Shown: positions 50,407 through 59,843, numbered from the stretch's first letter. The stretch: 64,000 nt of DNA from an uncultured Ignavibacteriales bacterium (GCA_964464605.1 CAYXJN010000002.1:1-64000); one strand, 5' to 3'. Program-made: numbers and translations. Notes: generated from the letters alone by a model not told the origin.

Positions 50407-52557
50407 ATGGATGAGTTCGCCAGTAAACAAACTACCCGCGCCAAACGGCTGGTTACTACCGGCCTGCTTTTGCTCCTGCTTGCCCTCGTAATTGTCGGTG
50501 CAATCGGGTATCAGGCATATAGTATTTACCAGTCGGATCTCCCCTCGTTTGAGCAGCTGCACAATATCGAGCCGAGTTTGAATACCAAAGTGTATGACCG
50601 AAACGGCGTACTGCTGAAAGAGTTCTACAGTGAAAATCGTCTGCTGACCCCGTACAAAGATATGCCGCCGTATCTGATCCAGATGCTTTTGGCATCGGAA
50701 GACCGGGAGTTTTTCAACCATTGGGGAATCAACTTGCGCCGGCTCGCTATTGTAATGGTCGAAAATACGATCAGTTTCGACCGGGCAGCGGGGGCATCGA
50801 CCATTACCCAGCAGCTTTCCCGAATGCTCTTTTTGAATCGGGAACGAACGCTGAACCGGAAAATCAAAGAGGCGCTTACCGCCGTCAAGCTCGAGCGTAC
50901 CTATTCAAAAGAAGAAATACTGGAGATGTACTTGAACCAGTATTATTTCGGACGCGGGTCGTACGGTATTGCATCGGCAGCGCGTACGTTCTTTTCCAAG
51001 CAGCCGAAAGATTTAACGATTAACGACTGCGCTGTCCTTATCGGAACACTCAAGGCGCCGAATATCAATTCTCCGTTCTTGAGTCCGGAAAAATCTTTAG
51101 CGGCTCGTAATCGTGTACTCTATTCCCTTTACGATGTTGGCGGTATTAGTCATGAGAAATATGATTCACTGAAAGCGCTGCCGTTAACCATCAATCCACC
51201 GCAGCAGGATGACGGCGTTGCTCCCTATTTTACGGAAACGATCCGTCAGTATGTGCTCGACCGCTATGGTGAAGATGCGCTCTACTCCGGCGGGTTGAAA
51301 GTCTTTACCGGGTTAGATGCCGGTTTACAGGCGGTGGCCGAAAAAGCGATTATTAAAAAAATCGATTCACTCAGAAAAGCAATCGACCGGAAATATGACC
51401 CGGCGCATAAAGACTACGGCCGCATTTTACCGGATACGGCCGATGAATACGGGCAACCGGTTCGGGAACTGAAACTGGTACAGGGTGCATTTGTCGCTAT
51501 CGACAACGCGACCGGTGATGTACTCGCGATGGTCGGCGGACGGTCCTTCGATGAAACCAAATTCAATCGCGCCGTTCAGGGATTACGCCAACCTGGCTCG
51601 GCGTTTAAACCGTTTGTCTACACCGCCGCTATCGATAACGGATTCCGGGCGAGTGATATCATCGATGACAACCCGATCGTGCTCGACATCCCCGGCTCCA
51701 AAGAATGGAAACCGCATAATTACGATTTTGAATTTCTTGGCCCGATAACATTGCGCGACGGACTACGTCTCTCCCGCAACTTGGTGGCGATTCGTCTGTT
51801 GTTGAAAATGACTCCTTCACAGGTGATTTTCTACGCCAAAAAGTTTGGTATCACCACGCCGATGCAGGAAGTCCCATCGCTGGCCATTGGTGTCAGTGAT
51901 GTTCGCCCGATGGAGTTGGTATCTGCTTACACTGTTTTTCCGAACGGCGGCGTCCGGGTGCCGTACCGGATGATTCAAAAGATCGTTGACCGCTACGGCA
52001 GCGTACTCGAAAACAATACAACCGTGCAAAAGGAAGAAGTGTTGTCGGAAAAGACTGCCTTTATCATGGTTGATATAATGAAATCAGTTGTCGATAACGG
52101 AACTGCTGCAGGTGCACGGCGGATGGGTTTCAACCGCCCGGCTGCCGGTAAAACCGGAACCTCGGATAACTTTTGCGATAACTGGTTTGTTGGCTACACG
52201 CCGCAGATTACTGCCGGTGTCTGGATCGGGTTCGATGATAAAACGTCGCTTGGCCGTTCGCAGGATGGCGGGACCAACGCCGTGCCGATTTGGGCGGAGT
52301 TTATGATGGCGGCGCATGATTCTCTCCCCTATCTCGATTTCCCTGAACCGGCAGGCATTATTCACGCCTATATCTGCACTGAAACCGGTGAATTAGCGAC
52401 TGATCGCTGCCCGATAGTTCGTAGTGAAGTATTCACCGAAGAAACACAGCCGACCGGTCTGTGCTCAAAACATGCTTCCAAACGCCTGTATAATCCCGGC
52501 ACCGATTCCCGCTCCGATACAACTAATTCCAGCAACAAACCAAGAATGCGGTTTTAG
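50407..52557 (+). CDS. Class A penicillin-binding protein (PBP1A family)
   Basis: EDREF, GASTITQQ, RKIKE, RQPGSAFK (SxxK), SRN, KTGT. Confidence 0.96.
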   Translation: MDEFASKQTTRAKRLVTTGLLLLLLALVIVGAIGYQAYSIYQSDLPSFEQLHNIEPSLNTKVYDRNGVLLKEFYSENRLLTPYKDMPPYLIQMLLASEDREFFNHWGINLRRLAIVMVENTISFDRAAGASTITQQLSRMLFLNRERTLNRKIKEALTAVKLERTYSKEEILEMYLNQYYFGRGSYGIASAARTFFSKQPKDLTINDCAVLIGTLKAPNINSPFLSPEKSLAARNRVLYSLYDVGGISHEKYDSLKALPLTINPPQQDDGVAPYFTETIRQYVLDRYGEDALYSGGLKVFTGLDAGLQAVAEKAIIKKIDSLRKAIDRKYDPAHKDYGRILPDTADEYGQPVRELKLVQGAFVAIDNATGDVLAMVGGRSFDETKFNRAVQGLRQPGSAFKPFVYTAAIDNGFRASDIIDDNPIVLDIPGSKEWKPHNYDFEFLGPITLRDGLRLSRNLVAIRLLLKMTPSQVIFYAKKFGITTPMQEVPSLAIGVSDVRPMELVSAYTVFPNGGVRVPYRMIQKIVDRYGSVLENNTTVQKEEVLSEKTAFIMVDIMKSVVDNGTAAGARRMGFNRPAAGKTGTSDNFCDNWFVGYTPQITAGVWIGFDDKTSLGRSQDGGTNAVPIWAEFMMAAHDSLPYLDFPEPAGIIHAYICTETGELATDRCPIVRSEVFTEETQPTGLCSKHASKRLYNPGTDSRSDTTNSSNKPRMRF

Positions 52558-52584
52558 CAACGACGTTGACGTATTCACCCAACC

Positions 52585-52613
52585 TTGACAGTCATAGGTA
52601 ACTGATCTATACT
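52585..52613 (+). promoter_or_regulatory. Sigma-70 promoter of tRNA-Leu
   Basis: TTGACA-N17-TATACT ending 10 nt before the tRNA. Confidence 0.85.
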
Positions 52614-52623
52614 CTCCCCCATT

Positions 52624-52707
52624 GCCGGAGTGGTGAAACTGGTAGACGCACGGGACTCAAAATCCCGCGGTAGCAATACCATGTCGGTTCGAGTCCGACC
52701 TCCGGCA
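52624..52707 (+). tRNA. tRNA-Leu(CAA)
   Basis: GCCGGAG acceptor stem, CGGGA-CTCAAAA-TCCCG anticodon arm, long variable arm, GGTTCGAGTCC. Confidence 0.97.
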
Positions 52708-52923
52708 TTTCTTTTTCCTTCTTTCCCCTTCAATACGAACGTCAGAAAATGGTTTAAGCGGTCTCCGTAATGCATTGATTGATATTGATTTGCGGTGCCG
52801 CGCGATTTTTCTAAAGATAGCTCTGTTTCAAGACGAAACATAGTCAGTCGGGCAAGAGGTCTGTCTGTTTCCCTTTCCCGATCTGACTACTGAAAGTTCG
52901 CTCTGATGAAAGGAGAGCTTTTT

Positions 52924-53604
52924 ATGAAACGTTCATTACTCGCGGCAGCCGTTATTGCTTGTGCGCTGTCGACAACAACCGCAAACAGTGCCCCGTTCAC
53001 CGGAGAACGATTGTTTTCAGGGACGGTCTTCGCCGGATATGCAGGGGGTATGAGTATCTACATGGGCGGTACCTTCGCAAACTTCGCTGACGATTTTCCG
53101 TTTCGTGCCCGTTTAGGATTGGGTTATGTGCGCTTAGATCCGGGTGATGCGATTCAGGCACATGAAGTCTTTATTGCAGAAGATCCTGATGGCACGCCGA
53201 AAGATCGCGGTACCCTGTGGGATGTCCGGCTCGATTTGATGTATCCGATTCAGTTCTTCTCTCTTGAACGCACATTTGTATTCGGTGGTCCGCGGTATTG
53301 CGACTTTGACGGCTATTTCGAATACATCGGCGGTGCTGAAACGTTTGACGTCAGCTCGACACAATGGGGTATCGGCGGTGGGTTGGAAACCTCCTTCCCT
53401 ATCAGTCCTCGCGTTGATTTGCTCGTAGCTGGCGGTGCCGATTATTATTTCCGCACCACGATGGACGGGCATGACACCTACTACCGTCCGAACGGTGATG
53501 ACACGCATCCGATTGACAACTATACGTACAAGGATGCTGATGCCGCAATCAATCAACCCGAAATGGAAATCCGTACCATGATCGGGTTGTCATACCACTT
53601 CTAA
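52924..53604 (+). CDS. Small outer-membrane beta-barrel protein
   Basis: AGGAG RBS; signal peptide; amphipathic strands; C-terminal GLSYHF beta-signal. Confidence 0.8.
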   Translation: MKRSLLAAAVIACALSTTTANSAPFTGERLFSGTVFAGYAGGMSIYMGGTFANFADDFPFRARLGLGYVRLDPGDAIQAHEVFIAEDPDGTPKDRGTLWDVRLDLMYPIQFFSLERTFVFGGPRYCDFDGYFEYIGGAETFDVSSTQWGIGGGLETSFPISPRVDLLVAGGADYYFRTTMDGHDTYYRPNGDDTHPIDNYTYKDADAAINQPEMEIRTMIGLSYHF

Positions 53605-53614
53605 AAAGCATACA

Positions 53615-53648
53615 GTGTCAGGGATACGATAACTCGTATCCCTGACAC
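53615..53648. repeat. Perfect 15-bp inverted repeat
   Basis: GTGTCAGGGATACGA-TAAC-TCGTATCCCTGACAC. Confidence 0.9.
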
Positions 53649-53661
53649 AAAAACTACTACA

Positions 53662-53895
53662 ATGAAAACAAAAAAGACCTTCTGTTCAGGTATCGTGATG
53701 CTCGCCGTCGCGATAAGTCTATCCGGCTGCGCTGCCGGCGGCGCCAAAATGTGCCGTACCGGTGCATTGGCAAAACCGGAAATGCAGATGAACTATCAAT
53801 CGCATGAACGAATAATCGATGACCATGTCTATTTCTCCAAAGAAGCGGCAAGCGGCGGACGTGGTTTCGGTGGTGGTGGTTGCGGGTGCAATTGA
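53662..53895 (+). CDS. DUF4266 lipoprotein
   Basis: Lipobox LSGC; HVYFSKEAASGGRGFGGGGCGCN C-terminus. Confidence 0.92.
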   Translation: MKTKKTFCSGIVMLAVAISLSGCAAGGAKMCRTGALAKPEMQMNYQSHERIIDDHVYFSKEAASGGRGFGGGGCGCN

Positions 53896-55166
53896 AACAG
53901 ACCAAATCAATTCGCGGTGCTTTAACGACCGCTACGGTCGCATTCCTAAGCGCCACTGTCGTTCAGGCTGCCACCGGTAATCATTCGGAGACATCTGTAC
54001 TCTTTTATTCAGAGAGGGACAGAGTTCGTGCGACTGAGGTCATCTATGATCTCTCAAAGCTGCTGAAAAACAACTACAGTCTCGGATTGCGGCTAACCTA
54101 CGACGGCCTTACGGGTGCCTCCCCTACCGGCGGGTCCCCGTCTAAACAGGCGCAGACGCTTACGCGTGCCTCAGGCGGTGAACGTACGGTTGTTCCGGCC
54201 GGTACATTGCCAATCGATCAGTCCTTTAGCGAAACGAGATTTGCACTGGATGCGAGTTTAGCAAAAACGATGCTGTCAGGAATGTCACTCTCCGGTGAAT
54301 TCCACGGGTCTACCGAGCATGACTACAAATCACTGAGTGTCGGTGCCGGAATATCGCAGGAGTTTAACGACGGCAATACAACACTGGGTTTTTTGGGTGC
54401 CGTTGGTCGTGATGTTATTGAACCGATTGGCGGAAATCCGACTCCGTACACTCCGGTTATTGAACCCGGTGAAGGTGAAGAGGAAGATCGTAATCAGCTT
54501 GGCGGCTGGTCGAAACGAATCTATGATGCTCTATTTAGTGTCACGCAGATTGCAGGACCTCATACGGTGCTACGAGCAAGCTACTCGCTCAGTTATTCAA
54601 CCGGCTACTTAACCGATCCCTACAAAGTTATCAGTATTGTCCAACCGCCTGATTCAGCCGATCCGGGTGAACCCGTTGAGGATATTTACGAGAACAGGCC
54701 GGACTCACGCACCAAACATGCCTTATATGGACAAATGAAGCGCTATCTGCATGGCGCCTCGGTTGATCTCGCGTATCGTTTCTTTTGGGATGACTGGGGT
54801 GTGACATCGCATACCGTTGATCTCTATGTTCGCTTCGATTTCAAAAAATTCGGCGCTACACAACCGCATATACGCTTGTACCATCAATTGCGAGCCGATT
54901 TCTCCCGCCCGTTTTTACTTCAGGGAGAACCGCTTCCGGACTATGCCTCTGCCGACGGCCGTCTGGCGAGTTTCGATGCCTGGACATACGGCCTGAATCA
55001 TAGCCTTCCGGTCAGTTCCCGTTCCCGGTTTAACATCACTGTCGAGTGGTATTCCCAACGTGGTGATAAAAGCCCGCCGGAAGCATTTGGACCGCTTTTA
55101 GCGTTTGACTTTTTCCCGAAGCTGGATGCGGTCATGTTACGATTGGGGTTGTCGCATGATTTCTAA
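53886..55166 (+). CDS. DUF3570 outer-membrane beta-barrel with flavinylation motif
   Basis: GTG start overlapping the GCGCN codons; DGLTGAS motif; EHDYKS, GYLTDPYK, ENRPDSR, DDWGVTSHT; C-terminal F. Confidence 0.88.
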   Translation: MQLKQTKSIRGALTTATVAFLSATVVQAATGNHSETSVLFYSERDRVRATEVIYDLSKLLKNNYSLGLRLTYDGLTGASPTGGSPSKQAQTLTRASGGERTVVPAGTLPIDQSFSETRFALDASLAKTMLSGMSLSGEFHGSTEHDYKSLSVGAGISQEFNDGNTTLGFLGAVGRDVIEPIGGNPTPYTPVIEPGEGEEEDRNQLGGWSKRIYDALFSVTQIAGPHTVLRASYSLSYSTGYLTDPYKVISIVQPPDSADPGEPVEDIYENRPDSRTKHALYGQMKRYLHGASVDLAYRFFWDDWGVTSHTVDLYVRFDFKKFGATQPHIRLYHQLRADFSRPFLLQGEPLPDYASADGRLASFDAWTYGLNHSLPVSSRSRFNITVEWYSQRGDKSPPEAFGPLLAFDFFPKLDAVMLRLGLSHDF

Positions 55167-56058
55167 AACAATGAACGGTGTTGATGTCCGACGTGCCGAC
55201 CGGTATTGGTCGATTACGTATTCGGCAATGGCAAGCCCCTGCGAGGTGCTTGTCCGATGTAAAAGCGAAAACGAGGCCAGTTCCCTGGCCTCGCTTGCGT
55301 ACATCGAAACGATGCGCATTGAGCAGAAATTCAGCCGGTATCGCAAAGACAATATAGTGCACACGATCAACACTGCAAACGGTAAGCCGGTGCAGCTTGA
55401 TGATGAAACGCTGCATCTGGTACACTACGCGACAAAGTGCTATGAAATCAGCGATGGTATGTTCGACATCACCTCCGGCCTTTTGCGCAAAGCATGGAAG
55501 TTTGAAGGAAAAGAGGTCTCTCCTAATTGGGAATTGATCGAATCGCTCATGCACAAAGTAGGCTGGCACCATGCGATTTTGAATGGGCATGAACTCCGTT
55601 TGCTGTCCGGTATGGAGATCGATTTCGGCGGTATCGGCAAAGAATATGCCGTTGACCGGATTGCGCAAATGCTGTTCAACCAGTGCGGTGTTTCATTGAT
55701 GGTCAATTTCGGTGGAGACATTCGAGCGATTCGAAAAATCGACGACTCCGAACCGTGGCATATCGGTATCGAAAATCCGAATGTTCCCGGTGTGTCGGTG
55801 AAATCGATAGAATTACTACACGGCGCAGTAGCGACCAGCGGAAACGGGTATCGTCATTGCTTCTACAAAGGGAAAAAACTTGGCCATATTCTCAATCCAA
55901 AAACCGGATGGCCGATTGATGACACCCCGCAAAGTGTGACGGTTATCGCCGATTTCTGTATGGAAGCCGGTTTATTGACTACTCTGGCGATATTGCACGG
56001 CAAAGGAGCAAAAGAGTTTCTGCAAAACCAGAACGTGCAGTTTCATTGCATTCCCTAA
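55156..56058 (+). CDS. apbE: FAD:protein FMN transferase (ApbE family)
   Basis: SDGMFDIT, DFGGIGKEYAVD, NFGGDI, ATSG, HILNPKTG, SVTV. Confidence 0.95.
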   Translation: MISKTMNGVDVRRADRYWSITYSAMASPCEVLVRCKSENEASSLASLAYIETMRIEQKFSRYRKDNIVHTINTANGKPVQLDDETLHLVHYATKCYEISDGMFDITSGLLRKAWKFEGKEVSPNWELIESLMHKVGWHHAILNGHELRLLSGMEIDFGGIGKEYAVDRIAQMLFNQCGVSLMVNFGGDIRAIRKIDDSEPWHIGIENPNVPGVSVKSIELLHGAVATSGNGYRHCFYKGKKLGHILNPKTGWPIDDTPQSVTVIADFCMEAGLLTTLAILHGKGAKEFLQNQNVQFHCIP

Positions 56059-56076
56059 TCTGCCGATATACCAACT

Positions 56077-56283
56077 ATGAACGGTTCAACGCTCTTTATG
56101 GGATTTTTGGCCGGAACGATCGGTACCGGTTTTTTTATTTATGGGAAGAAACAGCAGAAGTATGTGCCGATGCTCTGCGGTATCGGATTGTTTGTTATGC
56201 CATATCTGATAGATGATTTGTGGCTGTTAGCTGCGGCAGCACTGACATTGTGCTTGCTGCCGTTTGTAATCAAATCTGAATAA
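56077..56283 (+). CDS. Small hydrophobic hypothetical protein
   Basis: 68 aa, 3 hydrophobic segments, GFFIYGKKQ and PYLI motifs. Confidence 0.75.
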   Translation: MNGSTLFMGFLAGTIGTGFFIYGKKQQKYVPMLCGIGLFVMPYLIDDLWLLAAAALTLCLLPFVIKSE

Positions 56284-56285
56284 GT

Positions 56286-56918
56286 TTAATTCGTAACAAT
56301 TAAGTTTCTTATACCAACCCAGACACCGTTTTGTTCGGTCAGGGTAACTACGCCGCTTCCGCCTACTTCTGGCTGGTCTGCAATGTATTTTGCATCCACG
56401 AGCGGATCATCGGAAAAGACATAATCATTGATATAGTACGGGTCCTTTTCGTTCGGCTCTCTTACAACGGCATGAATATGGGCAGGAATGCCGCCGGAAG
56501 GGTATGGCGCAGGTTGGATCGTATGGATTTCGTACTCTCCCTTATCGTTCGTTCGGCACCAGCCATGTAGATGTCCATGCCATTTCTGTATCCCGGTTTC
56601 ATCTCCCCGCTTGCTGTAATGTCCGGTGTTGTCGGTGTGGTAGGCGTAGATGATAACTTTCGGATATGGTGTTTTGCCGTCTGCTTTATAGACGACGCCG
56701 GAAATAACGATCCGCCTCCCTGTCTCCGTGCTGTCAGCGATCTCCATGCGATTGGTCAATGTCTGCGGCATTGCCAGAAAGCAGCAGTGGACGCTGCCAT
56801 CGGGCGAGGTTGCACACTCTTCTTCCGTAATCGGTTCTGGTGCCTTAGGGGTGTTGAGCGAGCTTATTGCCGCCGCAACAAAGACAAAAAAGAAGAGAAA
56901 GAAGAAAAACTTGCTCAT
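56286..56918 (-). CDS. Exported intradiol ring-cleavage dioxygenase-like protein
   Basis: Signal/anchor; YHTDNTGHY, TNDKGEY, TIQPAPYP, PAHIH. Confidence 0.85.
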   Translation of the reverse strand: MSKFFFFLFFFVFVAAAISSLNTPKAPEPITEEECATSPDGSVHCCFLAMPQTLTNRMEIADSTETGRRIVISGVVYKADGKTPYPKVIIYAYHTDNTGHYSKRGDETGIQKWHGHLHGWCRTNDKGEYEIHTIQPAPYPSGGIPAHIHAVVREPNEKDPYYINDYVFSDDPLVDAKYIADQPEVGGSGVVTLTEQNGVWVGIRNLIVTN

Positions 56919-57052
56919 ACATAAGCATACGAAAACTCGTTTGCCGAGTTTCTATAAAAATAAATAACCTGAAATATCACTTTCTCTCGAAACCTGCGTA
57001 TATATATTTCGCGCGTGGTTTACCGCATTACACTGACAAAAGGAGTCTGAAA

Positions 57053-57658
57053 TTGAGAACGTTACTTATTATCGTCGGTATCATTGTCGTTCTGGGAATC
57101 TTTGTCTGGAACGGACGCGGCGGCCTGATTGACCGTTCACAGGGAGTGGATGAAAAATGGGCACAGGTGCAGAATGTCTACCAGCGCCGGTTTGATCTTG
57201 TGCCGAACTTAGTGGCGAGCGTCGACAACTTCATGCAGCGTCAACAGTCAACACTGACCGAAGTCATCGGCATGCGTCAGCGCGTGATCGAACTCAAGGA
57301 TGGCGCGGAGAAAGCCCTGCAGCAACAGCAGCCGAGCGTGCTTGATTCATTGTCGAACCAGCTTTCACGGCAGTTGAATTCTTTTATCAATGTCGTGGTT
57401 GAAAAGTATCCGGATATCAAGGGTGACCAGCTCTATTCCGATTTGCAGGCGCAGCTTGAAGGGAGTGAAAACCGGATTGCCCAGGAGCGTCGCACGTATA
57501 ACGAAGTTGTCCGTGAATACAATACCTATCGACAAAAAGGAATCATGGCGTTAATTGCCGGTGCGATCTTTGGGTTTCCGTATGAACGGGATTATTTCAA
57601 GGGAACGGATGAAGCGCAGACCGCTCCGAGCGTTCGTGATGCGTTTCAGGGGAATTAA
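57053..57658 (+). CDS. LemA family protein
   Basis: TTG start after AAGGAG; WAQVQNVYQRRFDLVPNLV, EKYPDIK, LEGSENRI. Confidence 0.93.
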   Translation: MRTLLIIVGIIVVLGIFVWNGRGGLIDRSQGVDEKWAQVQNVYQRRFDLVPNLVASVDNFMQRQQSTLTEVIGMRQRVIELKDGAEKALQQQQPSVLDSLSNQLSRQLNSFINVVVEKYPDIKGDQLYSDLQAQLEGSENRIAQERRTYNEVVREYNTYRQKGIMALIAGAIFGFPYERDYFKGTDEAQTAPSVRDAFQGN

Positions 57659-57667
57659 GCGGCGCTA

Positions 57668-58477
57668 ATGCGATTACTTCTTCGCGCTTTTCTGCCGCTC
57701 TGGCTTATAGCCGGAGCGGTGTTTTCCTTTGATGTTCCCGGTAAACCGAATCAGCCGGTCGTTGACCAGGCCGGCTTGCTTTCCTCCGGTGATGTCCGTG
57801 AACTTTCCGGTAAGCTGCAATCGTATAGAGATTCAACCTCTATCGAGATTGCGGTACTTATTATCGAAAGCCTCGACGATGCACCGCTCGAAGATTACGC
57901 TCACAAAGTTTTTAACAGTTGGGGAATCGGAAAAGACAACGCCGACAACGGCGTACTTTTACTGATTGCCATAGCCGAGAAGAAAACTCGTATTGAAGTT
58001 GGATACGGTTTAGAAGGTGCACTCACCGATGCCGAATCGAATCGAATTGTCAGCCGCAACGCGCCGATGGCGCAGCATTTTCGTCAGGGGGATTTCGCCG
58101 GAGGTATCAACGAAGCGATTAACGGAATTATCATTGCTATCGGCGGTGACTATATCAAATACGCGGAGAAGAATGAAAAACGTGCCCCCGGAAGTTCTTC
58201 AAGCTTCTTCTTCTGGATTGTTTTTGCCTTTATTCTGTTTGCGATCTTTGGGCAATTCTTTCGCAAGGGTGGCGGCGGTACCGGACACACTATCGGACGG
58301 CGCGGCAGCAGCGGAGCGGGTGATATCCTGCTTGGAGCGCTTATTGGCTCTCTACTCAGCGGCGGTCGTCGCGGCGGCGGCTGGAGCAGTGGTGGCCTTG
58401 GAGGAGGTGGCGGTGGTGGATTCGGTGGTTTCTCGGGTGGAAGTTCCGGCGGCGGCGGCGCAAGCGGTGGATGGTAG
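57668..58477 (+). CDS. TPM-domain protein with Gly-rich tail (YgcG-like)
   Basis: VVDQAGLL, WGIG, DNGVLLLI, RIEVGYGLEG, GGGGASGGW. Confidence 0.93.
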   Translation: MRLLLRAFLPLWLIAGAVFSFDVPGKPNQPVVDQAGLLSSGDVRELSGKLQSYRDSTSIEIAVLIIESLDDAPLEDYAHKVFNSWGIGKDNADNGVLLLIAIAEKKTRIEVGYGLEGALTDAESNRIVSRNAPMAQHFRQGDFAGGINEAINGIIIAIGGDYIKYAEKNEKRAPGSSSSFFFWIVFAFILFAIFGQFFRKGGGGTGHTIGRRGSSGAGDILLGALIGSLLSGGRRGGGWSSGGLGGGGGGGFGGFSGGSSGGGGASGGW

Positions 58478-58480
58478 GTT

Positions 58481-59113
58481 ATGGCTGATTTAGTAAAACA
58501 ATTTTTCTCGAAAGCAGATATTGACGCTATCGAGCAGGCGGTCAAACAAGCCGAAGCGCATACCGCTGGTGAAATTCTCGTGCGAATTGTTACCCGCTCA
58601 CACAATTGGAAAAGCGAACGGCTTGTACTATCCGGCTCATTAGCTCTGCTTGTGGCTTTAGGCTCGCTTTGGTGGACACGAACGCAGGATTGGGGAACGT
58701 ATTACGATTATGGCTCTGCCCTGCTGTGGGGGGGCGCTGCCTTTGTGTTGTTCTTTTTCCTCTTTTCGGATTCGATGCTCAAATCGGTCGGACGACGCAA
58801 ACGTATGGTGCATGAACGAGCCGAACTGGAACTCAAGCGGATGCCATCGACTAAAGGACAAACCGGTGTGTTGATTTATGTCTCACTCGATGAGCATTGG
58901 GCGGTAGTGTTAGGTGAGCAGTCCGTCTACAAAATCGTACCGCAAGAATTCTGGGAAACACCGCTGAAAGAGATTGTCGACGGTATAAAACGAGGTGATC
59001 ATGCAGAAGGGATTTGCAGCGCGGTCAATATAATCGGTCGTGAGTTGGCCTCTGTTCTCCCCCGCCAGACCGATGATAAGGATGAACTCCCTGATCGCCC
59101 GCAGATGGGATAA
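58481..59113 (+). CDS. TPM-domain membrane protein
   Basis: AEAHTAGEI, TGVLIYVS, DELPD. Confidence 0.88.
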   Translation: MADLVKQFFSKADIDAIEQAVKQAEAHTAGEILVRIVTRSHNWKSERLVLSGSLALLVALGSLWWTRTQDWGTYYDYGSALLWGGAAFVLFFFLFSDSMLKSVGRRKRMVHERAELELKRMPSTKGQTGVLIYVSLDEHWAVVLGEQSVYKIVPQEFWETPLKEIVDGIKRGDHAEGICSAVNIIGRELASVLPRQTDDKDELPDRPQMG

Positions 59114-59139
59114 ACGTTACCTGATTATGAGGGTTTGTT

Positions 59140-59463
59140 ATGTCACCTGAAATCGTTATCGCCTGTTTTCGTCCAAAGCCGGGCAAAGAAGCTGATCTGT
59201 TGTCGGTGGTTAAAGAACACCAGCCGATTCTCCGCAAAGAGGGATTAGTGACTGACCGCTTGCCGATTGTCATGCGGGCAAAGGATGGCACAATTATTGA
59301 AGTATTCGAATGGAAGTCAGCCGAGGCTATCGAGTCTGCCCACAAAAACCCGAACGTTTTGGCGATGTGGGGTCGGTTTGAAGCCTGTTGTACCTATCAT
59401 CCGGTCAGTGACATACTGGAATCAAAAGAGCTGTTTGCCGGGTTTGATCCGGTAAACTTTTAG
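59140..59463 (+). CDS. Dimeric alpha/beta-barrel (ABM-like) protein
   Basis: RPKPGKEADL, IEVFEWKSAEAIESAH. Confidence 0.7.
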   Translation: MSPEIVIACFRPKPGKEADLLSVVKEHQPILRKEGLVTDRLPIVMRAKDGTIIEVFEWKSAEAIESAHKNPNVLAMWGRFEACCTYHPVSDILESKELFAGFDPVNF

Positions 59464-59470
59464 GCTTTGG

Positions 59471-59836
59471 ATGGCTACGTTCCGCTATTTAGTAACCGAT
59501 GTCGAAGCTGCGGTTTCATTCTACACCGAACAGCTTGGATTTACGCTCGAAGAAAACTGGGGTGGTGCGTTTGCGATTGTTTCACGAAACGATATCAACG
59601 TATGGCTCAGCGGTCCGAATACCTCGGCCGCCAAACCGATGCCGAATGGGGATACACCGGAACCGGGTGGATGGAACCGGATGGTGCTCGTATTCACTGA
59701 TGTCGAACCGGTTATTCAGACGTTAAAGCAGGCGAATGTGAAGTTTCGCAATGAAGTACTCAGCGGGCCGGGCGGTAAACAGGTATTGATTGAAGATCCA
59801 TCTGGAAATCCGATTGAGTTGTTTCAACCGGCGTGA
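59471..59836 (+). CDS. VOC/glyoxalase family protein
   Basis: RYLVTDVEAAVSFY, EDPSGNPIELF. Confidence 0.92.
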   Translation: MATFRYLVTDVEAAVSFYTEQLGFTLEENWGGAFAIVSRNDINVWLSGPNTSAAKPMPNGDTPEPGGWNRMVLVFTDVEPVIQTLKQANVKFRNEVLSGPGGKQVLIEDPSGNPIELFQPA

Positions 59837-59843
59837 AGATAGT

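Noticed and set aside
13638..52707. Prophage or ICE integrated at tRNA-Arg or tRNA-Leu
   Set aside because: By eye, no integrase, phage genes or convincing duplicated tRNA 3' ends were found.
52903..52930. Hammerhead-like CTGATGA...GAAAC
   Set aside because: The intervening bases do not form a proper stem II and there are no flanking stems; GAAAC is part of the start of the CDS.
58360..58477. GGC/GGT repeat tract
   Set aside because: Normal Gly-rich tail of TPM/YgcG proteins.
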